Shown here: positions 51,568 to 61,431 of the stretch, piece after piece | Layout: every line of letters begins with the position of its first letter | Position numbering within the stretch: the stretch's first letter is position 1 | Assembly (NCBI GenBank): GCA_040754095.1 | Contig: JBFMFO010000007.1 | Span: 3,121 to 67,120, forward strand | DNA length: 64,000 nt | Reading direction: 5' to 3' | DNA from: Thermodesulfobacteriota bacterium | GTDB lineage: Bacteria; Desulfobacterota; QYQD01 | Position numbers and translations under genes: made by a program | The notes under the pieces: model-generated | Told to the model about the DNA's origin: nothing | The model's input: only the letters and a program-made list of their open reading frames with translations | Database searches by the model: none

Positions 51568-52413
51568 TCAAAATATATAGTCTTCTTCGCCTGTTAAAAA
51601 GTATAAACTCTTTTTGTTAGTATTTATTTCTAAGTTGACTATAGTGCCTTCAAAAGCTCCCGCCATATTATACTCCGCAACTCTGTTACTATAGAAATCA
51701 ACCTTTCCCCTACCGGAAATAATAGTAAGGACGCCCTTGTTGATTTTCAAAAACTTGCGGATATGCGTTAGACCAAAACCGGCACTCTGAGGACGGCTTG
51801 TAACCCCTTCTTCAACAGATAGTTTTATCGCCTTGATGTCACTTGTAATTTTATACTTCTTTTTTAAAGTTGATAAAATTCCCACTCCAAAATCTGTTAT
51901 ACAAAGCCTTATTAGCATCTTATTTGGATAATATTGTGCACATACAAAACACCCGCTATTTGACCTGCTATGGTCAAATACATTGATTAAAAGTTCTTGT
52001 AAACTCATCTTTAGAGAGTCTTTCATCCCCTTAGACAAACTCATCTTAGACTCAATTAAAATTATAAGTTTTTCAATATAAAGAGGACGTAATGCCATTA
52101 ACTGGGTTAGTTCCACACTGGTATCTTTATGAATATTCTTCCCGTTAATATGAAAAAATGAGTTAAATCCTATCTGAGATAGGTAATCTTTTAGCTTTCT
52201 ATCTTTTGGGGGAATATATGCTATTTTTCTATTCTTTGTTCGCAAACAGCCCTGAATAGCCCCTGCTATGATAGTTATTGCAAATGGATCAATGAATGTG
52301 GTTTTTTCAAAAACAAAAGTCGATATATCTCTAGTTTTTTGTACATTGGCACAGTTTTTAATTATTGTATCTGCATAAGCTATGGTGGAAAGTTTTGGGA
52401 AAATTACCTGCAT
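51568..52413 (-). CDS. GHKL/HATPase kinase-like protein with a degenerate N-terminal STAS-like region
   Basis: N-box ELLINVFDHS, G1 ITDFGVGI, G2 GVTSRPQSAGFGL. N-terminal TFIDPF...YLSQIGF. AGGAGG RBS. Confidence 0.85.
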   Translation of the reverse strand: MQVIFPKLSTIAYADTIIKNCANVQKTRDISTFVFEKTTFIDPFAITIIAGAIQGCLRTKNRKIAYIPPKDRKLKDYLSQIGFNSFFHINGKNIHKDTSVELTQLMALRPLYIEKLIILIESKMSLSKGMKDSLKMSLQELLINVFDHSRSNSGCFVCAQYYPNKMLIRLCITDFGVGILSTLKKKYKITSDIKAIKLSVEEGVTSRPQSAGFGLTHIRKFLKINKGVLTIISGRGKVDFYSNRVAEYNMAGAFEGTIVNLEINTNKKSLYFLTGEEDYIF

Positions 52414-52478
52414 TTAAACCTCATACCTCCTGTTATTGCAGGATTATGGTCTATTCTGCAATAACACTATTTATTATT

Positions 52479-54440
52479 TCAGGATTGTAAATCAACCGTA
52501 GCCCCGGCATCATTCCCGAATATATCCACCACCCTCACAGCAATCGTCCGTTTTTTCTTTTCGAGTATCTCTTTAGCTTCTGTGGCAACGGTCTTCGCCT
52601 TTTTGCCGTTGCCCCGGAATGCCTGCCACTGGCTTTTGAAGGTAAAACCGTCATAGTTCCAGTCAACGGCCCAGTAATCTATAAGCACCGCAAAGTTGTC
52701 TTTTGCTATCTTCATCAGGGCGGCATAATCTTCCTGTCCCTTCTTTGAGGTCTGGCTTATGGGGATGTCCATCAGGACGTAGCGTTTGATGGAGAGGCTG
52801 ATCTCAACCTTACCGTCTTTTAAATCCCTTATCCCTGGTTCATCCATCTTCAGGTATGGTCTTTCATAGAAGGTAACTTTCTCTGAAAGGGCTTCGATGT
52901 CTTCCTCGGTCTTTGCCTTTTTCAAATAGTCGTATATATCCGGTGGGATGTCCCGGCTTATAACCTCAACAAAATCCCCCCTTCCCCCCTTTGGTAAAGG
53001 GGGGATTGCCTTCTTTCTTGATTCCAGCGCCTGGTGATAATTGTATTCATAATCCCAGCCCAGAATTATCAGTCTCTTATAACCCCGTCCGTCAAGCTTC
53101 TGTGCCTGGAGGGCCAGTTCCTCGGCCTTGCCTGCGGTAACCGGCCGGTCAGGATAGCCGACATAAACAAGCTCTTCAACGTTGTCTTCTGCCCTGCGAA
53201 TGCCAAGTCCGCTTAATTTATCACGGGGAGTTGCGCCGTAAAGCTTGAGGATGAGATGTTGCATCTCATAAATCCTGCCGCCGGTGAGATAGATCATCTC
53301 CCTTTGATAGTTGCCTATGTTCTCAATAAGGAATGGCTTGGCCTGCTGGTCCACTAGTCTTGCACGGGTGACCTGTATGCCCACCTTCCCAAGCTCACAG
53401 CCAATCCAGCGACGGTTAAGTTTTTCCGCAACGGCAAGTGCTGTGCCTGAGCCGCAGAAGAAATCAGCTACTAAGGCTTCTGGGTCACTAGCCATTTCGA
53501 TCACACGTGAAAGCAGGTCTTCATGCTTTTCGGTATCGTAATCAGATGAGTAAGAATAGGATTGGATGTCAGTCCAGACATCACCAATAAGGCCCTCATC
53601 CTTCGGCGGTATCCAATATTGCGGATATGCTCGGCCAGGAAACTTTGCAATAAACTCAAGTTTTCTTCCCGTTTTCTTCCAATAACCAACCAAGTCAGCC
53701 TCACCGCTTTTTATGAACTCCTGGTAATTTTTTACCGCACGCTCGGCACGCTCTTTCGCCCATAGAAACTGACCATGGGTAGGCTTGAAACCAAGGAGTT
53801 CATATTGCATCGTCGGACGTTCCACATTTCCCCGCCAAAAAGATTGCCACTGCTCCCCTTTTGCGCGAATTTGTGATTTAACATGCCGATATTGTGCGTT
53901 TGTAGTTTTAGAGTACAGCAAGATCATGTCATGCTCGCTACCGAGCCCAGACATATATTCAAATTGGCTTTGTAGACTCTTGCGACGTCCTCTATTTATA
54001 ATGATCTCATTCCTAAAATTCTCTTTCCCAAACACCTCATCCATCATCACCTTCACATAATGCCCCACATGCCAGTCCAAATGTACATATATACTCCCAT
54101 CCTCTGCCAATAACCTTTTCATCAACTGCAATCTGGGATAGAGCATATCAAGGTAAGAATCCGTGCCTCCGGCCCAGGTGTCTTTGTAGGCAAGACGTTC
54201 GATGACCGAGGGTTCCTTGGTGAATTCTAACCCCTCACCCTGCCCTCTCCCAGAGGGAGAGGGATTAGTGGGAATGGTCATCTTGTGGGAATAATCAGCC
54301 TTGGAATCAAAGGGCGGGTCGATGTAGATAAGGTTTATCTTGCCCTCGTATCCCTGGGCAAGCAGGGCCTGCATGGCCAGGAGGTTGTCGCCCCAGATGA
54401 GACGGTTCATCTTCTGTTTATCTATGTCCGCCTCGCCCAA
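52479..54440 (-). CDS. Type III-like N6-adenine DNA methyltransferase (Mod), main frame
   Basis: LIWGDNL, IYIDPPF (motif IV), DFFCGSGT (motif I), beta-class order. The probable true N-terminus lies in another frame (54518-54604). Confidence 0.9.
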   Translation of the reverse strand: MGEADIDKQKMNRLIWGDNLLAMQALLAQGYEGKINLIYIDPPFDSKADYSHKMTIPTNPSPSGRGQGEGLEFTKEPSVIERLAYKDTWAGGTDSYLDMLYPRLQLMKRLLAEDGSIYVHLDWHVGHYVKVMMDEVFGKENFRNEIIINRGRRKSLQSQFEYMSGLGSEHDMILLYSKTTNAQYRHVKSQIRAKGEQWQSFWRGNVERPTMQYELLGFKPTHGQFLWAKERAERAVKNYQEFIKSGEADLVGYWKKTGRKLEFIAKFPGRAYPQYWIPPKDEGLIGDVWTDIQSYSYSSDYDTEKHEDLLSRVIEMASDPEALVADFFCGSGTALAVAEKLNRRWIGCELGKVGIQVTRARLVDQQAKPFLIENIGNYQREMIYLTGGRIYEMQHLILKLYGATPRDKLSGLGIRRAEDNVEELVYVGYPDRPVTAGKAEELALQAQKLDGRGYKRLIILGWDYEYNYHQALESRKKAIPPLPKGGRGDFVEVISRDIPPDIYDYLKKAKTEEDIEALSEKVTFYERPYLKMDEPGIRDLKDGKVEISLSIKRYVLMDIPISQTSKKGQEDYAALMKIAKDNFAVLIDYWAVDWNYDGFTFKSQWQAFRGNGKKAKTVATEAKEILEKKKRTIAVRVVDIFGNDAGATVDLQS

Positions 54441-54517
54441 AATTCCATCTTTGAACGACAGAGGAAGTTGTTCTCTATGGACAGGGTTAGGAATAACGAC
54501 CTCTGCGGTCTGAAACT

Positions 54518-54604
54518 CTATATCTTGGGATTGGGCGCACGGCGGGGCTTACTATCCCACACCAGCCTTGCCGAATCTCTTTTGCGAATCCTGCCATTGT
54601 TCAT
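54518..54604 (-). pseudogene. frameshifted N-terminal segment of mod
   Basis: MNNGRIRKRDSARLVWDSKPRRAPNPK then I-stop. Adding one base at about 54525 joins it to DIEFQTAEVVIPNP in the main frame. Confidence 0.65.
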
Positions 54605-54848
54605 TGTCAAACGATCCCTTTTGTCTAATATGCCATGTAGCGCGGTATCCTGCCATCTTCCATCCCGCCAGAGGCGGATCTAATCGACATATCCTAGCAG
54701 AATTTACAATCAAATTCTATAGCATATCAACTGGAACACGAAATACAGGCTATAGGTCATCCCTCTGGCACTTCTTGCATGGCTTCAATAATGCTAAGGC
54801 CTTGAGAGATAGATTATGCCTTCCGGCAATCATCAAAGCGATAACATC

Positions 54849-54877
54849 TTGACATACCTATGTAAAATGAGTAACGT
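54849..54877 (+). promoter_or_regulatory. sigma-70 promoter
   Basis: TTGACA-N17-TAACGT upstream of the cNMP-PilZ gene. Confidence 0.55.
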
Positions 54878-54982
54878 ACCAATTCAACGAAGAAATATTC
54901 CCATTTATAGGGCTACTAAATAATCTTTTACGTTAAGGATAGGTGCCTTGGCCTTTAATCCTCAAAGGAGCAAAAGAAGCCA

Positions 54983-55678
54983 ATGCTTTCCATTGTGAAT
55001 GAAATGCAGTTTAAAGACGGAGACTATATATTCAAAGAAGGAAGTTACGGGGATTGGATCTATGTGATTTTATCCGGCCAGGTTGAAATCTCAAAATATT
55101 GCCGGGGGCAAAAGGTTATCGTAGAGACCCTAAAAGAAGGCGACGTCTTTGGAGAAATGAGTTTTGTCGATAAAACGCCGCGCTCCGCCTCGGCCATAGC
55201 CAGGGGTAACGTATCTCTGGGTATCGTGGACCGTGATCTCCTGGACCATGAATATAATAAACTGTCGCAGGATATGCGCATGGTATTCAGGGCCTTGGTA
55301 AAACGCCTGCGCGAAACGACTGCTAGAATTAGCGCATTTTCCGGCCGCCAGGATCAACGGGCGGAGAGGCCCTTGGACATTCAATTCAAATCCGGCCGGG
55401 ATTTCACCAAGGCTTATGCCGTCAACATAGGAGGCGGGGGGTTACTGGTAAGAGTCGATGAACCGGTGTCTGTGGGGACAAGATGCGCGGTACGTTTCAA
55501 TCTTCCGGGCGAAAGCCTTCCTATTGAAACGGATTGCCAGGTGGTATGGTCAAGCCTGGGGACGGAAAAGGATAAAAAGATAGTAATGGCCGGATTACAA
55601 TTTATAGACCTGAAAGCCGAAGATCGAGACAGGATAAGCTCTTATGTTAATAAGGTCGGCCAGCTTGAACAGAAATAA
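54983..55678 (+). CDS. cyclic-nucleotide-binding domain plus PilZ domain protein
   Basis: cNMP: IFKEGSYGD..., FGEMSFVDKTPRSASA. PilZ: RQDQR...NIGGGG...CQVVW...GLQF. Confidence 0.88.
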   Translation: MLSIVNEMQFKDGDYIFKEGSYGDWIYVILSGQVEISKYCRGQKVIVETLKEGDVFGEMSFVDKTPRSASAIARGNVSLGIVDRDLLDHEYNKLSQDMRMVFRALVKRLRETTARISAFSGRQDQRAERPLDIQFKSGRDFTKAYAVNIGGGGLLVRVDEPVSVGTRCAVRFNLPGESLPIETDCQVVWSSLGTEKDKKIVMAGLQFIDLKAEDRDRISSYVNKVGQLEQK

Positions 55679-55717
55679 GAATATTAAACATGCGATGTAA
55701 GCCTATTCTATTAAAAC

Positions 55718-57136
55718 ATGCCATCCAGGGAAGATACAAATAATCTGCTGCGCAACATCCCCTCCGTGGATGAAATATTATCTCTTCCAGAGACACAATC
55801 ATTGCTTGAAAAATATCCCCGCCGCCTGGTGGTATCGACTATCCGCCAGGTATTGGAAGGGATACGCGGCCAACTCCTGGCCGCGAACAGTCAATCATCC
55901 CATGTGGATACCTCTCTGGACAATATCACGGAATCGTTGAAGAAATTTTTAGGCCATGCTGGCCGGCCCAGTCTCCGCCCTCTTATAAACGCCACGGGAG
56001 TGGTCATCCATACCAACATCGGGCGGTCATTATTAGCGGGCGTAGCGGTTGGCCAGATGAACGCCATCGCTGCCGGTTATTCAAATCTGGAATTTGACCT
56101 GTCTGCCGGGCAGCGTGGCAGCCGGTATGTGCATGTGGAAGAGATACTGCGTCAGTTGACCGGCGCTGAGGCCGCCCTCGTGGTCAATAATAACGCGGCG
56201 GCCGTGCTTCTGGTGCTGGATACCCTGGCCAGAGGCAAGGAGGTTATTGTCTCCCGCGGGCAGTTGGTAGAGATAGGGGGCTCTTTCCGCATACCGGATA
56301 TAATGGCCCGAAGCGGGGCATATCTGGTCGAAGTGGGCACGACCAACCGAACCCATCCGGCAGACTATGAACGGGCTATAACTGAGAGTACGGCCTTTCT
56401 AATGAAGGTCCACACCAGTAACTTCCACATAATGGGTTTTACTTCTGAAGTTCCATTAGCGGATATGGTCGCGCTGGGTAAAAAACATGACCTTCCAGTG
56501 GTGGAGGACCTGGGGAGCGGATGTTTTGTTGATCTTTCCCGCTACGGGCTGCTTAAAGAGCCCACCGTACAGGAGGCACTCCAGGCTGGGGCAGATATAG
56601 TGACCTTTAGCGGGGATAAGTTACTGGGAGGGCCCCAGGCCGGTATCATCCTGGGCCGGGATAACTTTGTCAGGCAGATCCGAAGCAATCCCCTGAATAG
56701 GGCGCTGAGGATCGACAAGTTGACGCTGGCCGGTCTGGAGGCCACGTTAAGGCTGTACCTTGACGAGGAAGAGTCCGTCAAGCAGATCCCGACACTGCGC
56801 TTATTGACCGTGCCCATCGCCGAGATCAACAAAAAGGCATTACAGCTTTACCGCCGCCTGACAAAGGTAGCCGTGGATCATCTTTCGTTGCAGGTTATAG
56901 ATGTTGACTCCCAGGTAGGCGGGGGGGCCCTGCCGCTTCAGAAATTGCCGAGCCGGGCCGTAGCCGTCAGGCCGAGGAGATTCTCCGTAACAGAACTGGA
57001 GGCCAGGATGCGAGGCCTTTCCCGCCCGGTCATCGGCCGCATTGAACACGATCAATTTATCATGGACATGCGGACAGTGAGCACGGGAGAAATTCCCCAT
57101 ATTGTCGAAGCCGTTAAAACAGTCCTTTCGGAGTAA
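55718..57136 (+). CDS. selA: L-seryl-tRNA(Sec) selenium transferase
   Basis: INATGVVIHTNIGRS, VNNNAAA, VEIGGSFRIP, FSGDKLLGGPQAG. Confidence 0.97.
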   Translation: MPSREDTNNLLRNIPSVDEILSLPETQSLLEKYPRRLVVSTIRQVLEGIRGQLLAANSQSSHVDTSLDNITESLKKFLGHAGRPSLRPLINATGVVIHTNIGRSLLAGVAVGQMNAIAAGYSNLEFDLSAGQRGSRYVHVEEILRQLTGAEAALVVNNNAAAVLLVLDTLARGKEVIVSRGQLVEIGGSFRIPDIMARSGAYLVEVGTTNRTHPADYERAITESTAFLMKVHTSNFHIMGFTSEVPLADMVALGKKHDLPVVEDLGSGCFVDLSRYGLLKEPTVQEALQAGADIVTFSGDKLLGGPQAGIILGRDNFVRQIRSNPLNRALRIDKLTLAGLEATLRLYLDEEESVKQIPTLRLLTVPIAEINKKALQLYRRLTKVAVDHLSLQVIDVDSQVGGGALPLQKLPSRAVAVRPRRFSVTELEARMRGLSRPVIGRIEHDQFIMDMRTVSTGEIPHIVEAVKTVLSE

Positions 57137-57142
57137 GCCAAC

Positions 57143-59518
57143 ATGGTAAAAAGGCTCTCCATAACTTCATTGGAACCACAGGATATATTCCTTTTCCAGG
57201 AGTATATAAAGAAAGATTTAAGCCTTCTCTTTCAGACCCAAGATGTACTCCTTTGGCCTGCGAACTGTGCGCCGGATATTCTTAGCCCCCTGATTACCGA
57301 AAACAAAATGAAAATAATCCCCCCTCACCCCCCTTTGCTAAAGGGGGGATGGGGGGATTTTCAGATAAAAGAGGTCTTTTCAAATAGTGTCCCTGTCGTT
57401 GAAAAAAACACCGACTCAGTATCCTTGCCTTTTATGTGGGAAAATGAGCCTCTCGGCATAGCTGTACTTAAAGATACGGCCGGGACATTTAAAAAAAATA
57501 TACTATCCGGCCAATGGCCGAAACTCAGCCAGTTAATCCTGGAAAAAATCCGGGTATATAAGGCCTATTATACAGATACGGAAAGCGGCGCACTAGCTCT
57601 GGAACTTTTTAAAGATACCCTTATCCGGCTTATTAGTACAGACCTGAAAGGCAGGGATACCAACCCTGTCTCCGAACCGGAAAGTCTTCCGGATCTGCTT
57701 GGTTCTCCGCCCCATTTTGTGATAATTTTTATAAAAATACTCTCCAGTCGACCACTAAATCGCCGCCCTGACATGAGCCTTAAGCCAGGCCGTCAAAGGG
57801 GATTCTGGGTGGATATTATCCCGGCTATAAAAAATGAGCTGAAGAGCATTGATCTTTCGTGCCTGTTTCGCAGAGACAAATCGGCCTTAGCCCTGATCGT
57901 GCCTTTTTGTGATGAGGAAAGAGGCCATAATATAAGTCTGGCCATATTTGAACTCTTTAATAAAAGACGCTTTAAGGATGGGATTAAAACAGCGATAGGG
58001 CTTTTATCTTATCCGATAAGCAGCAACGAAACACACAAGTCGTGTAGTGACACAAAGGACAATAAAAATAATCCCCCCTCACCCCCCTTTACTAAAGGGG
58101 GGTTGGGGGGATTTTCAGGCGAAACATGTCGTAATCTGCCGCCAGGGAAATTATATGATCTTATTATCGGGAAGGGTAAAGAGATTTTAGCCGTGGCCCA
58201 AAGCAGGTTCGATTATCCTCTTTGTTTTTCCCGGGAGCTTGAAGAGACCCCTAGCCTTAAAATAGCGGCAAATATTCATCGGGTTACGGATAAACTGAGA
58301 AGGAACTGGGAAAAAACGAAGAGATTTTCCCTGATATTGGCAAGATATGAGGACCAAAACGGCAAAGAGGACCATGCTCAGCTTGTGGAGAAGGTAGCCT
58401 CCGGCTTATCGCCGGGGCAGTCAATCCTGCCGTGTACCGAGAACTCCTTCTTTGTTTACCTCCCGGATATCAGCCCGGAAGAGGCCCTTCTTACAGGACA
58501 GAATTTAAAATCTCAGATAAAGGAAGACTGCGGCAAGACCGTGACTATGGGCCTGGCCGGTTATCCGTTACTTGACTATGAAAAAGAGGAAATCGCTTTT
58601 AACGCCTACAAGGCGCTTGTACATACTGATTTCTTTGGCCCGGACACCATTACCGCCTTTGATGCCGTAAGTCTCAATATAAGCGGGGATACGCTCTTCA
58701 ACGCAGGACATATCCACGGCGCCATAATGGAATATAAAAAGGGACTATCCCTCGATCCGCAAGACGTCAATCTTTTAAATAGCCTGGGCGTTTGCTATGC
58801 CCGGCTTAAATGGTATAAAAAGGCCATTTCCTGTTTTGAGAAGACCTTATCCCTGGAAAAAGATAATTTTATGGCCCAATACAACCTGGGGTTGGCCTAT
58901 CTCAAAACCGGCATACCGGATAAGGCCTTTTTGGCCCTGCAACAGGCGACTTCATTGAACGGAAATCATTTTGACATCCTTTTTCAGATGGGGAAGTTAT
59001 TACAAGAACAAAAAAGAGGGGCGGAGGCCGTTGGTTATTTTCAAAAGGCAGCGCAATGCCCGGATGCCAAGGGGTATATATACCGATACCTGGGAGAAGC
59101 TTATCTCGGCTTGAATCTAAAAAAAGACGCCATGACTGCATTTAAAAAGGCGGTCAAGAGCAACCCTGCTGACGCCTTCTCCTTCAGTTGGTTGGGTCTG
59201 CTTTATGCTGAACTGAAAAACGACCTGGAAATCGCCCATACATTATGCCAAAAGGCGCTCGAACTCGATCAGCAAAACAACCTTCATTGGAAGACAGTAG
59301 GGCGGATTTATTATCTAAAAAATGATTATCCTCAGGCCATCCACCATCTTAGAGAAGCCCAGCGCCGGATGAAAAAAGACCACGAAATATACTATCATTT
59401 GGGCCTGGTTTATGAAAAAATGGGCAACATAGCTGAGGCCAGAAGAAAATGGCAAAAGGCGCTTAAGGTTAATCCCCTTTTTAAAGAAGCCCGGATTGCA
59501 CTTCAGTCGTACGATTGA
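57143..59518 (+). CDS. degenerate GGDEF-like domains plus multiple C-terminal TPR repeats; two in-frame palindrome insertions
   Basis: TDTESG..., FFVYLPDISPEEA...TVTMGLAGYP. TPRs such as LNSLGVCY, QYNLGLAY, YRYLGEAY and YYHLGLVY. Confidence 0.8.
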   Translation: MVKRLSITSLEPQDIFLFQEYIKKDLSLLFQTQDVLLWPANCAPDILSPLITENKMKIIPPHPPLLKGGWGDFQIKEVFSNSVPVVEKNTDSVSLPFMWENEPLGIAVLKDTAGTFKKNILSGQWPKLSQLILEKIRVYKAYYTDTESGALALELFKDTLIRLISTDLKGRDTNPVSEPESLPDLLGSPPHFVIIFIKILSSRPLNRRPDMSLKPGRQRGFWVDIIPAIKNELKSIDLSCLFRRDKSALALIVPFCDEERGHNISLAIFELFNKRRFKDGIKTAIGLLSYPISSNETHKSCSDTKDNKNNPPSPPFTKGGLGGFSGETCRNLPPGKLYDLIIGKGKEILAVAQSRFDYPLCFSRELEETPSLKIAANIHRVTDKLRRNWEKTKRFSLILARYEDQNGKEDHAQLVEKVASGLSPGQSILPCTENSFFVYLPDISPEEALLTGQNLKSQIKEDCGKTVTMGLAGYPLLDYEKEEIAFNAYKALVHTDFFGPDTITAFDAVSLNISGDTLFNAGHIHGAIMEYKKGLSLDPQDVNLLNSLGVCYARLKWYKKAISCFEKTLSLEKDNFMAQYNLGLAYLKTGIPDKAFLALQQATSLNGNHFDILFQMGKLLQEQKRGAEAVGYFQKAAQCPDAKGYIYRYLGEAYLGLNLKKDAMTAFKKAVKSNPADAFSFSWLGLLYAELKNDLEIAHTLCQKALELDQQNNLHWKTVGRIYYLKNDYPQAIHHLREAQRRMKKDHEIYYHLGLVYEKMGNIAEARRKWQKALKVNPLFKEARIALQSYD

Positions 59519-59701
59519 GGAATAAGTAAGAAACCTGTCCTTTTTAAGATCATAGTCCTCACGTCTTAAACAACAAGACGCACGTTGCAAGATTCTTATC
59601 TCAAATCTTTACATTTACAAAAAGATATTTTTCCCCGATAATACAAAATTATAGGACATTTCTATGGGAAAAAAGCTCACTAAGAGGAGGGAGGCATTTT
59701 T

Positions 59702-60265
59702 ATGAAAAGCAAAGAAAAGGACTATTACCGGTCCCTGTACGAGGTGGCCATGGTAATAAATTCCAGCCTGGATCCGGCTACGGTCCTGGCAAAGATAGCG
59801 GAACAAGTCACTTTGGCCATAGAAGCCAAGGCCTGTTCTATAAGACTCCTTGATAAGCAAGGTAAACGGCTGCTTTTAGGGACCTCTTATGGGTTGAGCA
59901 AGGGATATCTACGTAAGGGTGCAGTAGAAATAGAAAAAAGTGGCCTTGACCAGGAAGCCCTGGCCGGCAAGAGCGTTACTATCCGTGATGCGCGCACCGA
60001 TCCACGATTCCAATATCCGGAAAAAGCAAGGGAAGAAGGCATTGCCTCGGTAATGGTAATACCCCTTATGATTGAAGATCGAGCTATAGGCGTACTACGT
60101 GTCTATTCCGCTACGTGCAGGGATTTTGCCCCTGAGGAAGCAGAATTTTTAACGGTCATCGCTAACCTCAGCGCCATCGCCATTGAGAATGCCCGTTTAC
60201 ATCAGGCCCTTAAAGCAGATTACGAACTTCTGGCTGCTTATGAATACAGACTTTTTGACGATTAA
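59702..60265 (+). CDS. stand-alone GAF domain protein
   Basis: INSSLD, CSIRLLD, DARTDPRFQY, SVMVIPL...IGVLRVY, AIAIENARL. Confidence 0.9.
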   Translation: MKSKEKDYYRSLYEVAMVINSSLDPATVLAKIAEQVTLAIEAKACSIRLLDKQGKRLLLGTSYGLSKGYLRKGAVEIEKSGLDQEALAGKSVTIRDARTDPRFQYPEKAREEGIASVMVIPLMIEDRAIGVLRVYSATCRDFAPEEAEFLTVIANLSAIAIENARLHQALKADYELLAAYEYRLFDD

Positions 60266-60405
60266 GGTAATGTTTAAAGTTTTATAAAAAACAACCACAG
60301 GGAGAGTAAACAAGTCTTATCTTAATTTATTGATATTCTCATTTTTTCTGTGTTCTCTGTGGTTAATCTTTTGACGGTATGATGATTAAAGAGGGGAGAA
60401 GATAT

Positions 60406-61422
60406 ATGAGAAAAGCAAAAATAGGTATAAACGGGTTTGGCCGCATTGGCCGCCAGGCTTTAAAGGCTATACTGGAAAGACACCCGGAAAATCTGCAGGT
60501 AGTGGCTATTAACGATCTGTTTGATGCGCCCACCAACGTCCACCTGCTCAAATATGATACCAATTATGGAATATTTAATATGCCAGCAGAAATCCGTGAC
60601 GGAGAAATGGTCGTTGGTGACTGGAGAATTCGTAATTTTTCAGAACGAGATCCCGCCCAGATACCATGGCATGAGGTCGAGGTTGACATCGTTATAGAAT
60701 GCACCGGCCTCTTTCGCACCGGGCCCAGGGCCAATATGCACAGGGAAGCAGGGGCCAAAAAAGTAATCATAAGCGCTCCGGCCAAGGAAGAAGATATCAC
60801 CATTGTTATGGGGGTTAACGAGGAGGGTTACGACCCGGTCCGCCACCATATTATCTCCAATGCCTCCTGTACTACTAACTGTCTCGCTCCCCCGGCAAGG
60901 GTCGTCAACGATCAATTTGGCATTGTGAAAGGTTTTATGACCACCGTACATGCCTATACCAACGATCAACGCATCCTCGATCTGCCACATAAAGACCTGC
61001 GAAGGGCGCGCGCTGCGGCCTGCAATATAATTCCCACCTCAACTGGAGCAGCAAAAGCCGTAGCGCTTGTAATACCGGAACTCAAAGGCAAATTCGACGG
61101 ATATTCCTTAAGGGTCCCTACGCCTACCGTATCCGTGGTAGATTTCGTAGCGCTACTGGGAAAAAACATCACTACAGATGACCTGAGGAAGGCCCTAAAA
61201 GACGCGGCTAACGGTCCGTTAAAGGGCATCATGTCTTATTCGGAGGATTTCCTGGTTTCCTCTGATTTTAAGGGTGATTTCCACTCAAGCATAATCGATG
61301 CCGAATTCACACAGGTGCTGGGAGGCAACATGGCTAAAGTCGTCTGCTGGTACGACAACGAATGGGGTTATTCCTGCCGTCTTGCAGACTTAGCTAACCT
61401 TATAGCCGAAAAGGGAATTTAA
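60406..61422 (+). CDS. gap: type I glyceraldehyde-3-phosphate dehydrogenase
   Basis: [26 protein letters not shown]. Confidence 0.97.
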   Translation: MRKAKIGINGFGRIGRQALKAILERHPENLQVVAINDLFDAPTNVHLLKYDTNYGIFNMPAEIRDGEMVVGDWRIRNFSERDPAQIPWHEVEVDIVIECTGLFRTGPRANMHREAGAKKVIISAPAKEEDITIVMGVNEEGYDPVRHHIISNASCTTNCLAPPARVVNDQFGIVKGFMTTVHAYTNDQRILDLPHKDLRRARAAACNIIPTSTGAAKAVALVIPELKGKFDGYSLRVPTPTVSVVDFVALLGKNITTDDLRKALKDAANGPLKGIMSYSEDFLVSSDFKGDFHSSIIDAEFTQVLGGNMAKVVCWYDNEWGYSCRLADLANLIAEKGI

Positions 61423-61431
61423 GCCATGCGC

